Shown in pieces: positions 1 to 8,688 of a DNA stretch of 19,588 bases. Under the pieces are notes generated by a model. The model saw nothing but the letters and a program-made list of their open reading frames with translations, was not told the origin of the DNA and ran no database searches. Both the position numbers and the translations under genes were made by a program. Source of the stretch: Candidatus Zixiibacteriota bacterium. GTDB taxonomy: Bacteria > Zixibacteria > MSB-5A5 > CAIYYT01. Where the stretch lies: assembly GCA_040235515.1 (NCBI GenBank), contig JBECKX010000166.1:1-19588 (forward strand), written 5' to 3'. Positions within the stretch are counted from its first letter, which is position 1. The number at the start of each line of letters is the position of its first letter.

Positions 1-532
1 AATCGATCTCGGTTGCGAGCAGTCGTTCGTTGCCGGACTTCGCCAGAAACTTAAGCTCGTGGCGCCCGCGCTTCCATTGCTCAGGAGTAATATGAATGAA
101 TGCATTGCTGATGCGCAGATGCCAGAAGACCTTGCCGGTTCCGATATAGGCAGTGGGGGCAAAGACTACAGCAGCGAGGTTAAGAGACTTGAGCAGCGGA
201 AATGCTTCTGAGTAGAATTCCGAATCGGCGTCATCAAAGGTGAGCAAAGCGGTATGACGCGAGTGGTTGGCCTTCGATTCGACCAGATCGAGGAAGCGTG
301 CGAGGCTTACGACTTCATATTGCCGGCAGATTGCTTCGAGTTGCTGCCGGAACTGCTCGAGACTGGTTCCGCGGTCGTAGCGGGCAAGGTAGCGCGGGTC
401 GGAGACGTTGGCGGATATCCGGTGGAAAGTGAATACCGCAAGCAGCTTCCGTCCGCGCAGCAGGGGTAACGTGCGAGCTATGCCTCGCCAAAGCCCGAGT
501 GAGCCGCCCAGATGTGTGAACAGGTTACTCAT
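1..532 (-). CDS. Polysaccharide deacetylase (CE4/NodB-like, PgaB/IcaB-type), 3' end truncated by the window edge
   Basis: Not in the ORF track. Manual translation from ATG 532 gives MSNLFTHLGG...LAVFTFHRIS...EQFRQQLEAICRQYEVVSL...TALLTFDDADSEFYSEAFPLLKSLNLAAVVFAPTAYIGTGKVFW..., open to the window edge. The FHR, TFDD and AVVFxPT motifs are typical of CE4 deacetylases. Confidence 0.85.
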   Translation of the reverse strand, partial: MSNLFTHLGGSLGLWRGIARTLPLLRGRKLLAVFTFHRISANVSDPRYLARYDRGTSLEQFRQQLEAICRQYEVVSLARFLDLVESKANHSRHTALLTFDDADSEFYSEAFPLLKSLNLAAVVFAPTAYIGTGKVFWHLRISNAFIHITPEQWKRGRHELKFLAKSGNERLLATEID

Positions 533-541
533 TCGCAGCGA

Positions 542-1621
542 TCAGGGGTTTGCGTCGACATCGTTGTCCGCATGAAGGAAGTGCCAGTTTTCCTGCTGTT
601 CGAAGGTAGAACTTATCCTGGAGCTATCCTTTCGCAACAAGACGAATGCCCGCTCCTTCTCACGCAGTTTAAAGCCAAACTGTTCGAAGACGCTCATGAA
701 TTGTTCCCCACCGAAGTAGGATAGTGTGATTGAGGCGATCTCTTGCTGCTTCAATGCCAGGATCAGATGCGCCAGTACTGCGCGTAACGATTCCGCCGGA
801 TCGAGGGAGAAGATATCCTCGATGTAAGCGATGCGCTTCCTGATTTGGAGGACGACATAGCCGAGCAGCACCGAATCGCTGCGGCGCTCCAGGGCATAGA
901 TATGGAACGCTCGTTGTGGACTATCTGCAAATCGCCAGTTTAAGAATTTGGAAGATCTCTCCCCTATCAACGCGTAGTTGGTACGCGCTGACTCGAAGAG
1001 ATGATCAAAGCGTTCATCGAAGCGCTGAATCGTGATCAATTGATTCGTCGAGTCGGAGGCGTAGTCGCGTTCGGCGGCATTGTAGTTGATACTCCAATCG
1101 ATGACCGGAGCCACGACAGGCGCAATCAAGCGTGTAGCAGCGCGCCTCTTGAGCGGATCGATCGACCGCAGCACTCGTACCAGCCGCACAGACTCACCGA
1201 TTGAGCGAAAGCCCTCCTGCAGCAGTACCTTGCGACTGAGGGGGTTGGCGGTACCGTGGAGCATGATCCAATCTGACGACTCAAAGAACTCGCGCGCGGC
1301 CTGCTGCAGCAATCGCCCTACTCCCTGACCACGGATGGCCGGATCAGCGCCCATGTCACCACAGATTCCTGTCAGCCTACGTTCCCCCGCTACCCACACA
1401 GCGCGCGGAAAAAGCGCGTAGGCGGCCACAACGCTGTTGCTGCTGTTTTCGCGGGCTACCCAGCAGTGCGCCGGGCCCTCCGGGCAGGAGAGATAGAACT
1501 GGGCGTACTTTGCAGTCGGCCATTTCTTGAAACTCTTATTCCAGAAGTTGACAATCTCTTCTCGATCCTGCAACGGGTCAGCTTTAACGATAGTGAAAGA
1601 TTGTCCAGTCGCCGCAACCAT
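542..1621 (-). CDS. Tandem-domain GNAT family N-acetyltransferase
   Basis: Acetyl-CoA motif A GDMGADPAIRGQGVG and a second GNAT-like half (RSSKFLNWRF...LLGYVV...YIEDIF). Start placed at ATG 1621 because the track's TTG at 1654 coincides with a -35-like hexamer. Confidence 0.8.
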   Translation of the reverse strand: MVAATGQSFTIVKADPLQDREEIVNFWNKSFKKWPTAKYAQFYLSCPEGPAHCWVARENSSNSVVAAYALFPRAVWVAGERRLTGICGDMGADPAIRGQGVGRLLQQAAREFFESSDWIMLHGTANPLSRKVLLQEGFRSIGESVRLVRVLRSIDPLKRRAATRLIAPVVAPVIDWSINYNAAERDYASDSTNQLITIQRFDERFDHLFESARTNYALIGERSSKFLNWRFADSPQRAFHIYALERRSDSVLLGYVVLQIRKRIAYIEDIFSLDPAESLRAVLAHLILALKQQEIASITLSYFGGEQFMSVFEQFGFKLREKERAFVLLRKDSSRISSTFEQQENWHFLHADNDVDANP

Positions 1622-1627
1622 GCAGAG

Positions 1628-1654
1628 AGAATAGCCATGTTGAGGTAGTGGCAA
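1628..1654 (-). promoter_or_regulatory. Candidate sigma70 promoter for the GNAT gene (possibly leaderless)
   Basis: TTGCCA (1654-1649)-N15-TATTCT (1633-1628)-N6-ATG (1621). The spacer is short and there is no Shine-Dalgarno (SD) sequence before the ATG. Confidence 0.4.
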
Positions 1655-1715
1655 AAACGCTTTTTGGCGGCTTCAGGAGGGACCCGCCGCCCCGTGCCCG
1701 GTGTCCGATTTTATC

Positions 1716-1744
1716 TTGACTTGCCCAGCGCCGCGAAGTAGCTT
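1716..1744 (+). promoter_or_regulatory. Sigma70-type promoter for the OPT operon
   Basis: TTGACT (1716-1721)-N17-TAGCTT (1739-1744). A strong SD, GAGGAGGAG, lies at 1772-1780 before TTG 1784. Confidence 0.65.
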
Positions 1745-1783
1745 CGATGAAATTCCAATCGCAGTATCTACGAGGAGGAGCCA

Positions 1784-3760
1784 TTGGCTGAGATCCAACG
1801 CGGCGATCAAAATGTTCCGGGTGACCAGTATATACCGATAGTCCCGCACGACAAGATTGTCCCTGAATCGAGCATGAAGTCGCTCGTGCTCGGCACCATT
1901 ATCTCGGTCTTGTTCGGCGCGGCCAATGCCTACCTCGGCTTGAAGTTCGGAATGACGGTTTCCGCCTCGATCCCGGCGGCCGTGATTTCGATGTTTGTGC
2001 TGCGAATTTTGTTCCAGAAAGTCTCCGTGCTGGAAAACAACATCGTGCAGACGGTGGGCTCTGCCGGTGAATCACTGGCTGCGGGTGTGATCTTCACAAT
2101 TCCCGCGTTTTTCATCTGGACTGCGAAGTATCCGAATCAGCCGGTGTTTGAAATCAGCTTCTTCAGTGTTGTTGCCCTGTCGCTGCTCGGCGGTACGATG
2201 GGAATCCTCCTGATGATTCCACTGCGTCGCTACTTGATGGCCAAAGAGCATGGCGTCCTCAAATTCCCGGAAGGCACCGCCTGCGCGGAAATCATAACCG
2301 CCGGGGATGAGGGAGGCAGCAAGGCGAAGACGGTGTTCTGGGGACTGGGCATCGGCGCGCTGTACAAAATTCTATCCAATGCCTTCAAGCTGTGGCCCGA
2401 ATCACCGGGGTATGATTTCAAAACCAAGACTCTTGATGGCGCGACGATAGGGATCGATGCCACCCCTGCGCTGCTCGGAGTCGGTTACATTATCGGTCCC
2501 CGGATCGCAGCGTTGATGCTGGCCGGCGCGGTGCTGGGTTATATAGGCATCGCACCACTGATCAAGTATATCGGGTCGGCGATTCCCGCTGGGATCACGA
2601 TTTTGCCGGCGGATATGCCGATCGCCGACATGGGTTCATCGGAACTGCGTGATTACTTCATCAAGTACCTGGGAGTGGGCGCCGTCGCTGTAGGCGGATT
2701 CGTATCGCTCCTCAAGGCTATCCCTACGATCTGGAGTTCCTTCACGCAGGGATTCGCACAGATTCTCAAGAAATCGAGTTCGGAACAGTCGCAGGTAGTA
2801 AGAACAGAGAAAGATATTCCGATGTCGGTCGTTCTGCTCGGGACCGCGCTGGTAGCGCTCCTGATCTGGCTGCTCCCCGGTGTGAACCTGCCGATCGTCG
2901 CGGTTGTGCTGGCGATGGTCTTCGGGTTTTTCTTCCTGGTAGTGGCGGCACGAATCGTCGGCATCGTGGGGTCGTCATCCTCCCCGGTTTCAGGAATGAC
3001 AATAGCAACCTTGCTCGTAACCTGCCTGATCCTGACATCATTCGGGATCAGCGGGTTCGTCGGTATGGTAACGGCAATGACGGTGGGTGCTGTAGTTTGT
3101 ATTGCGGTCTGCATGTCGGGTGACATCGCTCAGGACCTGAAAACGGGCTGGTTGCTGGGGGCGACGCCCTCCAAGCAGCAGTGGACGGAATTCGTCGGGT
3201 TGGCGTCCAGCGCAATCGCGATGGCAATCGTGATCTTCCTGCTGCGCGACACTTTCGGATTCGTAGTGACCCCGGAGCACCAGACTCCCCTGCTGGCGCC
3301 GCAGGCGAATATTATGGCCACTATCGTCGAGGGGATGTTCGCGGGCAAGCTACCGTGGATATTGATCTTCTCCGGCGGCTTCCTGGCACTGGCGGTTGAA
3401 CTGCTTGGCGTCTCCTCGCTACCATTCGCAATCGGGCTGTACCTGCCGTTGTCGCTCTCGACGCCGCTGATGGCGGGAGGATTACTCTCGTGGTTCGTGG
3501 GCAAGGGACGTAATGCCGACAAGAACAAAGTCAAGCAGGAGCATGGGGTGCTGTTCGGCTCGGGACTCGTTGCCGGCGACGCGCTTACCGGTTTGGCGGT
3601 CGCGTTCCTGGTGATGATCTCCCCCGCTTACAAGGAGTTTTCGGATGCCTACGGCGGCGGTTTGCTCAGTGGTACCTTTGGCCAGATTGTGTCGCTGGTT
3701 GCGTTCGGAGTAACGATGCTGGTTTACTACGCGCTGGTTCAGCGGCAGAGTAAGCGTTAG
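1784..3760 (+). CDS. Oligopeptide transporter, OPT family (bacterial/YSL-like clade)
   Basis: 658 aa with many TM segments. OPT signatures NAYLGLKFGMTVSASIPAAVIS, ENNIVQTVGSAGES, LKFPEGTACAE, SSPVSGMTIAT, QDLKTG, APQAN and FAIGLYLP. TTG start with a strong SD. Confidence 0.95.
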   Translation: MAEIQRGDQNVPGDQYIPIVPHDKIVPESSMKSLVLGTIISVLFGAANAYLGLKFGMTVSASIPAAVISMFVLRILFQKVSVLENNIVQTVGSAGESLAAGVIFTIPAFFIWTAKYPNQPVFEISFFSVVALSLLGGTMGILLMIPLRRYLMAKEHGVLKFPEGTACAEIITAGDEGGSKAKTVFWGLGIGALYKILSNAFKLWPESPGYDFKTKTLDGATIGIDATPALLGVGYIIGPRIAALMLAGAVLGYIGIAPLIKYIGSAIPAGITILPADMPIADMGSSELRDYFIKYLGVGAVAVGGFVSLLKAIPTIWSSFTQGFAQILKKSSSEQSQVVRTEKDIPMSVVLLGTALVALLIWLLPGVNLPIVAVVLAMVFGFFFLVVAARIVGIVGSSSSPVSGMTIATLLVTCLILTSFGISGFVGMVTAMTVGAVVCIAVCMSGDIAQDLKTGWLLGATPSKQQWTEFVGLASSAIAMAIVIFLLRDTFGFVVTPEHQTPLLAPQANIMATIVEGMFAGKLPWILIFSGGFLALAVELLGVSSLPFAIGLYLPLSLSTPLMAGGLLSWFVGKGRNADKNKVKQEHGVLFGSGLVAGDALTGLAVAFLVMISPAYKEFSDAYGGGLLSGTFGQIVSLVAFGVTMLVYYALVQRQSKR

Positions 3761-3806
3761 CGATAAGCAGCCGAGTGTCCTCTTTGGGGCGCATTGAGGT
3801 CAGTTG

Positions 3807-5960
3807 ATGTCCCGCCCTTCCGATAGATACAACCTTGCGCAGACCCTTTTCTGGTCCGGTGGTATACTTGCTCTCGCGCTCCTTGTGCGCGTAGTCAATC
3901 TCTATTACCTCTCGCTCAACGATCCTGCATTCTATTCACCACAGATCGATTCATTGTGGCATCATCGCTGGGCGCTGAGTATCATCAAGGGACCATTCCT
4001 CGGCAGTGAAGTCTACTTTCGCGCACCGCTCTACCCATATCTCCTTGCCGGCATCTACTGGCTCTTTGGTGAAAGCATAACAATCGCAAAACTGCTACAG
4101 GCGCTCGGCGGCGGCATCAGTTGTGTCATCGTGTATCTGCTGGGAAGAACTGCCTTTGGAGAGCGCGAGGGTCGATTGGCGGGGATATTCGCGGCGTTCT
4201 ACGGGACTTTGATCCTGTACGAATCTGAATTGCTCATCGTCTGGCTGGCGGTGCTGCTGAACCTGTTGATGGTCTACCTGGCGCTGAAGCATCACAACGA
4301 TCGCGGATTCAGGGTGTGGCTCTTGATTGGCATAGTCGGCGGGCTCTCTGCGATTACGCGGCCAAACGTGCTGTTGGTGTTTCCGCTGTGGTTCTTCTGG
4401 CTGCTGCTGCGTCGGGGCGACGGCACATCGATCACCTTCGCCAGACGGCTTATCTCACCCATCGCGCTGACTGTTGGGGTGCTGCTTTGCGTCGTGCCGG
4501 TCACAATCAGGAACTACATCGTGGGACAGGAGTTTGTCCTGATCGCTTCACAGGGTGGAGTGAATCTTCACCTGAGCAACAATCAGCAGGCTGACGGTTT
4601 GACGATGATTATGCCGGAAGTCAAGCTGGACTACACGCTCCCCTGGTCCGATTTCGTGGATACGACGCGTGCGCTTGCCGAGGCGGAGGTTGGGTACCCG
4701 TTGAGCCACGGTGAAGCTTCCAGCCATTATGCCGCGAAGGCGTATGCATACATGGCTTCGCACCCGCTTGATTTTGCCGCGCTGACGGGCAAGCGCCTCT
4801 ACTACTTCTTCAGCGGTTTCGAAAATTCGGATCAAGCTGATATCTACCGCTTCAAGCAAAACTCGCTGATCCTCAACGCACTTATTTTTGACACCTATCT
4901 GTACTTCCCGTTCGGCCTGATTGCACCGCTGGCGCTGATCGGCATCGCCCTCGGCTGGCGACGCAGAGGGGAGCTGGCTCCACTCTACCTCTTCCTGCTC
5001 GGGTATATCCCTACTGTCGTGCTGTTCCTGGTCACAGCACGTCACAGGCTCCCGGTTGTAGTGCTGCTGCTGCCGTTCGCGGCGCTTGCGATTGCACAGG
5101 TCATTCGCTTTGTCGGGGAGCGAAACTGGAAGGCACTAGTGCTTACGGCTACCCCACTTATCTTCCTTACAATCCTGCTGAATCAAACGTTTTTCGACCT
5201 CGGCTACGACTCGCCGGGACAGTTTTACTATCAGCGCGGAATGGTGCTGCAGCGACAGGGGCTTTACGAGGAAGCTGTGGCGGAGTATCGCAGAGCATTA
5301 GAGGCGCAGACGATGCCGGAGGCGCACAACAATATCGGCTACTCGGAAGCGCAACTCGGCAAGTTCCCGGAGGCTTACAAAGAATACCACACTGCAATCT
5401 CTCTCAAGCCGGGCTATGCTGACCCGATGATTAACCTGGCGAGCCTCTTTCTCTCCACGAACTCACTCGACAGCGCCGAGTTTTATCTGAACCGCGCCAA
5501 AGCGATTGCTCCCAACCTGCCGCAGATATACATCAACCTGGCCGAGCTTGAGAAACAACGTAACAACATCCCTGCGGCGGAGCGCGCCTACCTTGAGGGT
5601 CTGAGGATCGCGCCGAAGAACGCGCCTCTCAACAACAATCTGGGTAACCTTTACCTCGCGATGCAGCGGAAGAATGCGGCGCTGGAGCAATTCGAGCTGG
5701 CATTACAGGCAGACCCGGACTACGCGATCGCAGCGGTGAATCTGGCCAATCTCTATCTTGAGCGTGGTCGCAGACACGATGCGATTGAGCTGTATCGTCG
5801 CGCGATCAAGAATGATCCGGCGCTGGTGCAGCCCTATCTCAACCTGGCAGCGGTATTGATTCAAGAGGGAGAAACTGAAGCGGCCCGTGACGTCCTGAGG
5901 GATGCGCCTCCGAATGAGCTGGTTGAAAACCTGAAACGACAGTTAGGGATGGATCAGTAG
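3807..5960 (+). CDS. GT-C fold (ArnT/PMT-like) integral membrane glycosyltransferase with a C-terminal TPR array
   Basis: Multi-TM N-terminal region with first-loop IDSLWH, FRAPLYPYLLA, GLSAITRPN, VTIRNY and ARHRLP. The last ~245 aa are successive TPRs (EAHNNIG...A, NNLGNLY...A...F..AL..DP). SD GAGGT lies 6 nt before ATG 3807. Confidence 0.85.
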   Translation: MSRPSDRYNLAQTLFWSGGILALALLVRVVNLYYLSLNDPAFYSPQIDSLWHHRWALSIIKGPFLGSEVYFRAPLYPYLLAGIYWLFGESITIAKLLQALGGGISCVIVYLLGRTAFGEREGRLAGIFAAFYGTLILYESELLIVWLAVLLNLLMVYLALKHHNDRGFRVWLLIGIVGGLSAITRPNVLLVFPLWFFWLLLRRGDGTSITFARRLISPIALTVGVLLCVVPVTIRNYIVGQEFVLIASQGGVNLHLSNNQQADGLTMIMPEVKLDYTLPWSDFVDTTRALAEAEVGYPLSHGEASSHYAAKAYAYMASHPLDFAALTGKRLYYFFSGFENSDQADIYRFKQNSLILNALIFDTYLYFPFGLIAPLALIGIALGWRRRGELAPLYLFLLGYIPTVVLFLVTARHRLPVVVLLLPFAALAIAQVIRFVGERNWKALVLTATPLIFLTILLNQTFFDLGYDSPGQFYYQRGMVLQRQGLYEEAVAEYRRALEAQTMPEAHNNIGYSEAQLGKFPEAYKEYHTAISLKPGYADPMINLASLFLSTNSLDSAEFYLNRAKAIAPNLPQIYINLAELEKQRNNIPAAERAYLEGLRIAPKNAPLNNNLGNLYLAMQRKNAALEQFELALQADPDYAIAAVNLANLYLERGRRHDAIELYRRAIKNDPALVQPYLNLAAVLIQEGETEAARDVLRDAPPNELVENLKRQLGMDQ

Positions 5961-6001
5961 ATTAAGTAAGGGGGGATGAGTTTGGCTGCTGCGTCTTAGA
6001 G

Positions 6002-6994
6002 CTAGTACTTCTTCCGGCGTTCAATCACGTAGTTGGAACCATTGAGCGACTTGATGTAAGTCTTCAAATCGGCGAGCATATGCGACATTTCGCCAAGATG
6101 CCTGAACTGCGAGTCGGCAATCAAGACGGCGATGGAGATGGTCATCAGGCGGTAAGTCTCCCGTTCCCCCTTGCGGTTGGTAGTCACGATCTGGCCGCGG
6201 TTGCGATCATCCTCGGAGTAGCGGTATGGCACGAGGCGATCGAAGGTCTTAATGATGTTGCGACAGACACGATCAACTTCGGCGACCGGCAAGAGAAAGA
6301 TGAAGTCATCCCCGCCGATGTGTCCAACGAATCCTGTCGGACAGAGATCCGAGACGACATCACGGATGATGTGTGCCACCAGCCTGATCGTGCGGTCGCC
6401 GTAGACATAGCCACGATAGTCGTTGTACGCTTTGAAATCATCAATATCAAGATAGCAGATCGCGAATTCCTGGTTATGCTTGAGCCGGTGGTTCACCTCC
6501 TGTTCGATCAGGATCGGTCCGGCGAGTTGCGAGGTCGGATTGATACCGATGTCGCGCTGGGAACGTTCGCTGATCATCCGCACACGCAACTGGAACAGTT
6601 CGCCATCCCAGTCACCCCAGATATAGTCGTCGGCGGCAGAGGAGAGACCACGCTTTAGCTGTTCGCGTGTAGGCTCCTTCTGGTAGATGATCGTCGGCAC
6701 CACCGAGAGGGTCATGTGGGTATCGATGTGGCTGGCCAGGTCAATCACCGGGTCAGGGCTCGAATCGATGGTCAGGAGGATCAGGTCGAGGCGGTGGCGA
6801 TGAGCGATTTTGAATAAGTCGCTCATTTCCTTGAAGTTAAATATGATCGCCTCTTCCCAGCCCGGAACGCCAAGCAACACTGAACTGAAGTCACCGATCT
6901 CATCATAGAGGGCGATACACTTGGCAGCAGGATGTTTGCGGCGGAGATGGGGTTGTTGATCAACGGATCGCTTTGTCTCAAGGGCGCCTGTCAC
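6002..6994 (-). CDS. Diguanylate cyclase (GGDEF domain, GGDDF variant) with an N-terminal degenerate receiver domain
   Basis: YLDIDDFKAYNDYRGYVYGD, GHIGGDDF and TISIAV. The N-terminus has REC-like remnants (DLILLT, VPTII, AADDYI). The GTG start overlaps the xerD 3' end and is uncertain. Confidence 0.85.
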   Translation of the reverse strand: MTGALETKRSVDQQPHLRRKHPAAKCIALYDEIGDFSSVLLGVPGWEEAIIFNFKEMSDLFKIAHRHRLDLILLTIDSSPDPVIDLASHIDTHMTLSVVPTIIYQKEPTREQLKRGLSSAADDYIWGDWDGELFQLRVRMISERSQRDIGINPTSQLAGPILIEQEVNHRLKHNQEFAICYLDIDDFKAYNDYRGYVYGDRTIRLVAHIIRDVVSDLCPTGFVGHIGGDDFIFLLPVAEVDRVCRNIIKTFDRLVPYRYSEDDRNRGQIVTTNRKGERETYRLMTISIAVLIADSQFRHLGEMSHMLADLKTYIKSLNGSNYVIERRKKY

Positions 6995-7889
6995 TGCGAT
7001 TCCTTTCGCGCGGATGATGCTCGATATGGACCGACTTCAAGTACGAACGGCTTAAGTGCGTGTAAATCTGCGTAGTACTTATATCGGCATGGCCAAGCAT
7101 TTCCTGTACCGCGCGCAAGGAGGCGCCGCCATCGATCAGGTGGCTGGCGAACGAATGGCGAAATGTATGGGGCGTAACAGCTTTGGTGATGCCTGCGGCC
7201 GTGACCCGCTTGCGGATCAGGTTGAGCATCCCCATCGCCGAGAATTTACGACCAAATCGGTTCAGTATGAGGATGTCGTGGGATTTTTCATTCAGCAACG
7301 CCGGCCGTTCCTCATCCAGATAGCGCTTCACGAATGCGATCGCTTCATCCCCTACCGGTACCAGGCGCTCTTTCCCACCCTTTCCGAGAATACGGAGATG
7401 GCCAACCTCAAGGAAGAGGTTTGCGCAAGTAAGGCCGGTCAACTCAGAAAGTCGCAGTCCGGAACCGTAAAGCAATTCGATGGCTGCCCGGTCGCGGAGG
7501 CCGTTGCGTTCCTCCAGATTGATAGCGTTGAGGATCGCGTCGATTTCTTCAACTGCCAGAACGACCGGCAGGTTGCGGTGCAGTTTCGGCGAATCGAGCT
7601 GGGCTGTGGGATTGGAATCGACAATCCGCTCGCGAATCAGGAATTTGAAGAAGCCGCGCATGGCGGAGATTCGTCGATTCACAGAACTGGGAGCCATCCC
7701 CTGCTTGCTGCTCTCGGCGATAAACTCGATCAGCAGGTGGCGGCTGATATCGCGCCAGTTCCTGACACCTGCTTCGCCGGCAAAAGCAGCGAGCGCCTTG
7801 ATATCATTCTCGTACGAGACGAGGGTATTGCTCTTGAGGTTGCGTTCGAGCGAGAGGAAGTCGAGAAAGAGGGTGATCTCGTCCAGCAT
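6978..7889 (-). CDS. xerD: Site-specific tyrosine recombinase XerD
   Basis: N-terminal SAM-like domain. Catalytic R (GLRLSE), K (GKGGKER), HTFRH, LGH and Y in ADISTTQIYTH, with a C-terminal HHPR. SD GGGAGGAG upstream. XerC is not fully excluded. Confidence 0.9.
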   Translation of the reverse strand: MLDEITLFLDFLSLERNLKSNTLVSYENDIKALAAFAGEAGVRNWRDISRHLLIEFIAESSKQGMAPSSVNRRISAMRGFFKFLIRERIVDSNPTAQLDSPKLHRNLPVVLAVEEIDAILNAINLEERNGLRDRAAIELLYGSGLRLSELTGLTCANLFLEVGHLRILGKGGKERLVPVGDEAIAFVKRYLDEERPALLNEKSHDILILNRFGRKFSAMGMLNLIRKRVTAAGITKAVTPHTFRHSFASHLIDGGASLRAVQEMLGHADISTTQIYTHLSRSYLKSVHIEHHPRERNRSDRRP

Positions 7890-7893
7890 CAGT

Positions 7894-8688
7894 TTAGAAC
7901 TCCTCCCACATCATCGAGTAGAGTTGATCGGGGGAGAGACCATCCTCAAGCGCCATAGCTGCAGTTGCAGCCGCAACGAATGCGGCGCCATTGTCGGAGA
8001 GCAGATGCGCCACGGCATTGAGAGTTGCCCCGGAGGTTGTCACATCATCCACGACGAGCACTCCCCTGCCCTGCACGACCCCCGGCTCGAAGATATCAAA
8101 GGCATCATGTACGTTACGATAACGCTGCTGCACGGTCAATCCTATCTGGTCTTCATTGCGCCGGGACTGAACCAGCAACTCCGGTTCGTAGTGGAGCGAT
8201 AGCGCACTCGCGATGGTCTCGGCGAGGATCTCGGTCTGATTGAAGCCTCGCCGTGAGAGTTTGCGGGGGTGCATCGGAACAGCGCAGACGATTTCAAGCC
8301 TGGAGGTATGCTCAAACTCCTGTAGTTTGGTCGCTATCCGGCGGCCCAGCATCCTCGCGATGTCAGGCTTGTCAGAGTATTTGCAGGCTTTAATGAGGTG
8401 CGATAGAGTTTCATCGTAGAGCCCCAGCGAATACTGCCATAAGAGATAAGCGCTGCGGCGACAATTCTTACACTTTGTGGTCGAATCGGTCAGTGCGTTG
8501 CGACAGATCGGGCAGTATGGCGAGGGTATTATCTGGAGCTTCCGCTGGCAGCCCTCGCAGAGCCAGATATTGTCATCAGTGGAGATGAACCCCTGCCGGC
8601 AGACCTGGCATATGGGGGGATAAACGAAATCTATCAGGTGTCGGCTCAGGCGGGTAAGTGCGGCTGGGACATCCTGAAGCAGACTCAT
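7894..8688 (-). CDS. comF: ComF family protein (double zinc ribbon + phosphoribosyltransferase domain)
   Basis: CQVC/CEGC/CPIC/CKNC, VPMH...RRGFNQ and the PRPP loop VDDVTTSGATL. Start is ATG 8688 (TGATG overlap with the upstream stop) or GTG 8691. Confidence 0.9.
   Translation of the reverse strand: MSLLQDVPAALTRLSRHLIDFVYPPICQVCRQGFISTDDNIWLCEGCQRKLQIIPSPYCPICRNALTDSTTKCKNCRRSAYLLWQYSLGLYDETLSHLIKACKYSDKPDIARMLGRRIATKLQEFEHTSRLEIVCAVPMHPRKLSRRGFNQTEILAETIASALSLHYEPELLVQSRRNEDQIGLTVQQRYRNVHDAFDIFEPGVVQGRGVLVVDDVTTSGATLNAVAHLLSDNGAAFVAAATAAMALEDGLSPDQLYSMMWEEF

Noticed and set aside
542..544. Selenocysteine readthrough at the GNAT TGA
   Set aside because: There is no convincing SECIS-like hairpin downstream, and the position is an interdomain junction rather than a catalytic Cys site.
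1747..1791. 14-codon uORF MKFQSQYLRGGAIG overlapping the OPT start
   Set aside because: Its ATG is only 2 nt after the predicted -10 box, upstream of the expected TSS, and it has no SD.
3775..3792. Hairpin GTGTCCT-CTTT-GGGGCGC between the OPT and GT-C genes
   Set aside because: It relies on three G-U pairs and lacks a U-tract, so it cannot be supported as a terminator.
5961..6001. Bidirectional terminator between the convergent TPR and GGDEF genes
   Set aside because: No stable stem-loop with a U-tract is visible.
6400..6460. Hypr-type (3',3'-cGAMP-making) GGDEF
   Set aside because: The position equivalent to PleD D344 is Asp (GYVYGD), not the Ser/Thr of Hypr enzymes.
6978..7889. Tyrosine recombinase as the integrase of a mobile element, or a nearby dif site
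   Set aside because: The sequence is XerD-type and embedded among housekeeping genes. I saw no att repeats, tRNA, cargo or dif-like 28-mer.
7056..8202. Long plus-strand ORFs (300 aa and 240 aa) antisense to xerD/comF, and similar shadows over the GGDEF, rel, GT and msbA genes
   Set aside because: They have no recognisable motifs and mirror well-supported genes. Such shadows are expected from codon bias in GC-rich DNA.
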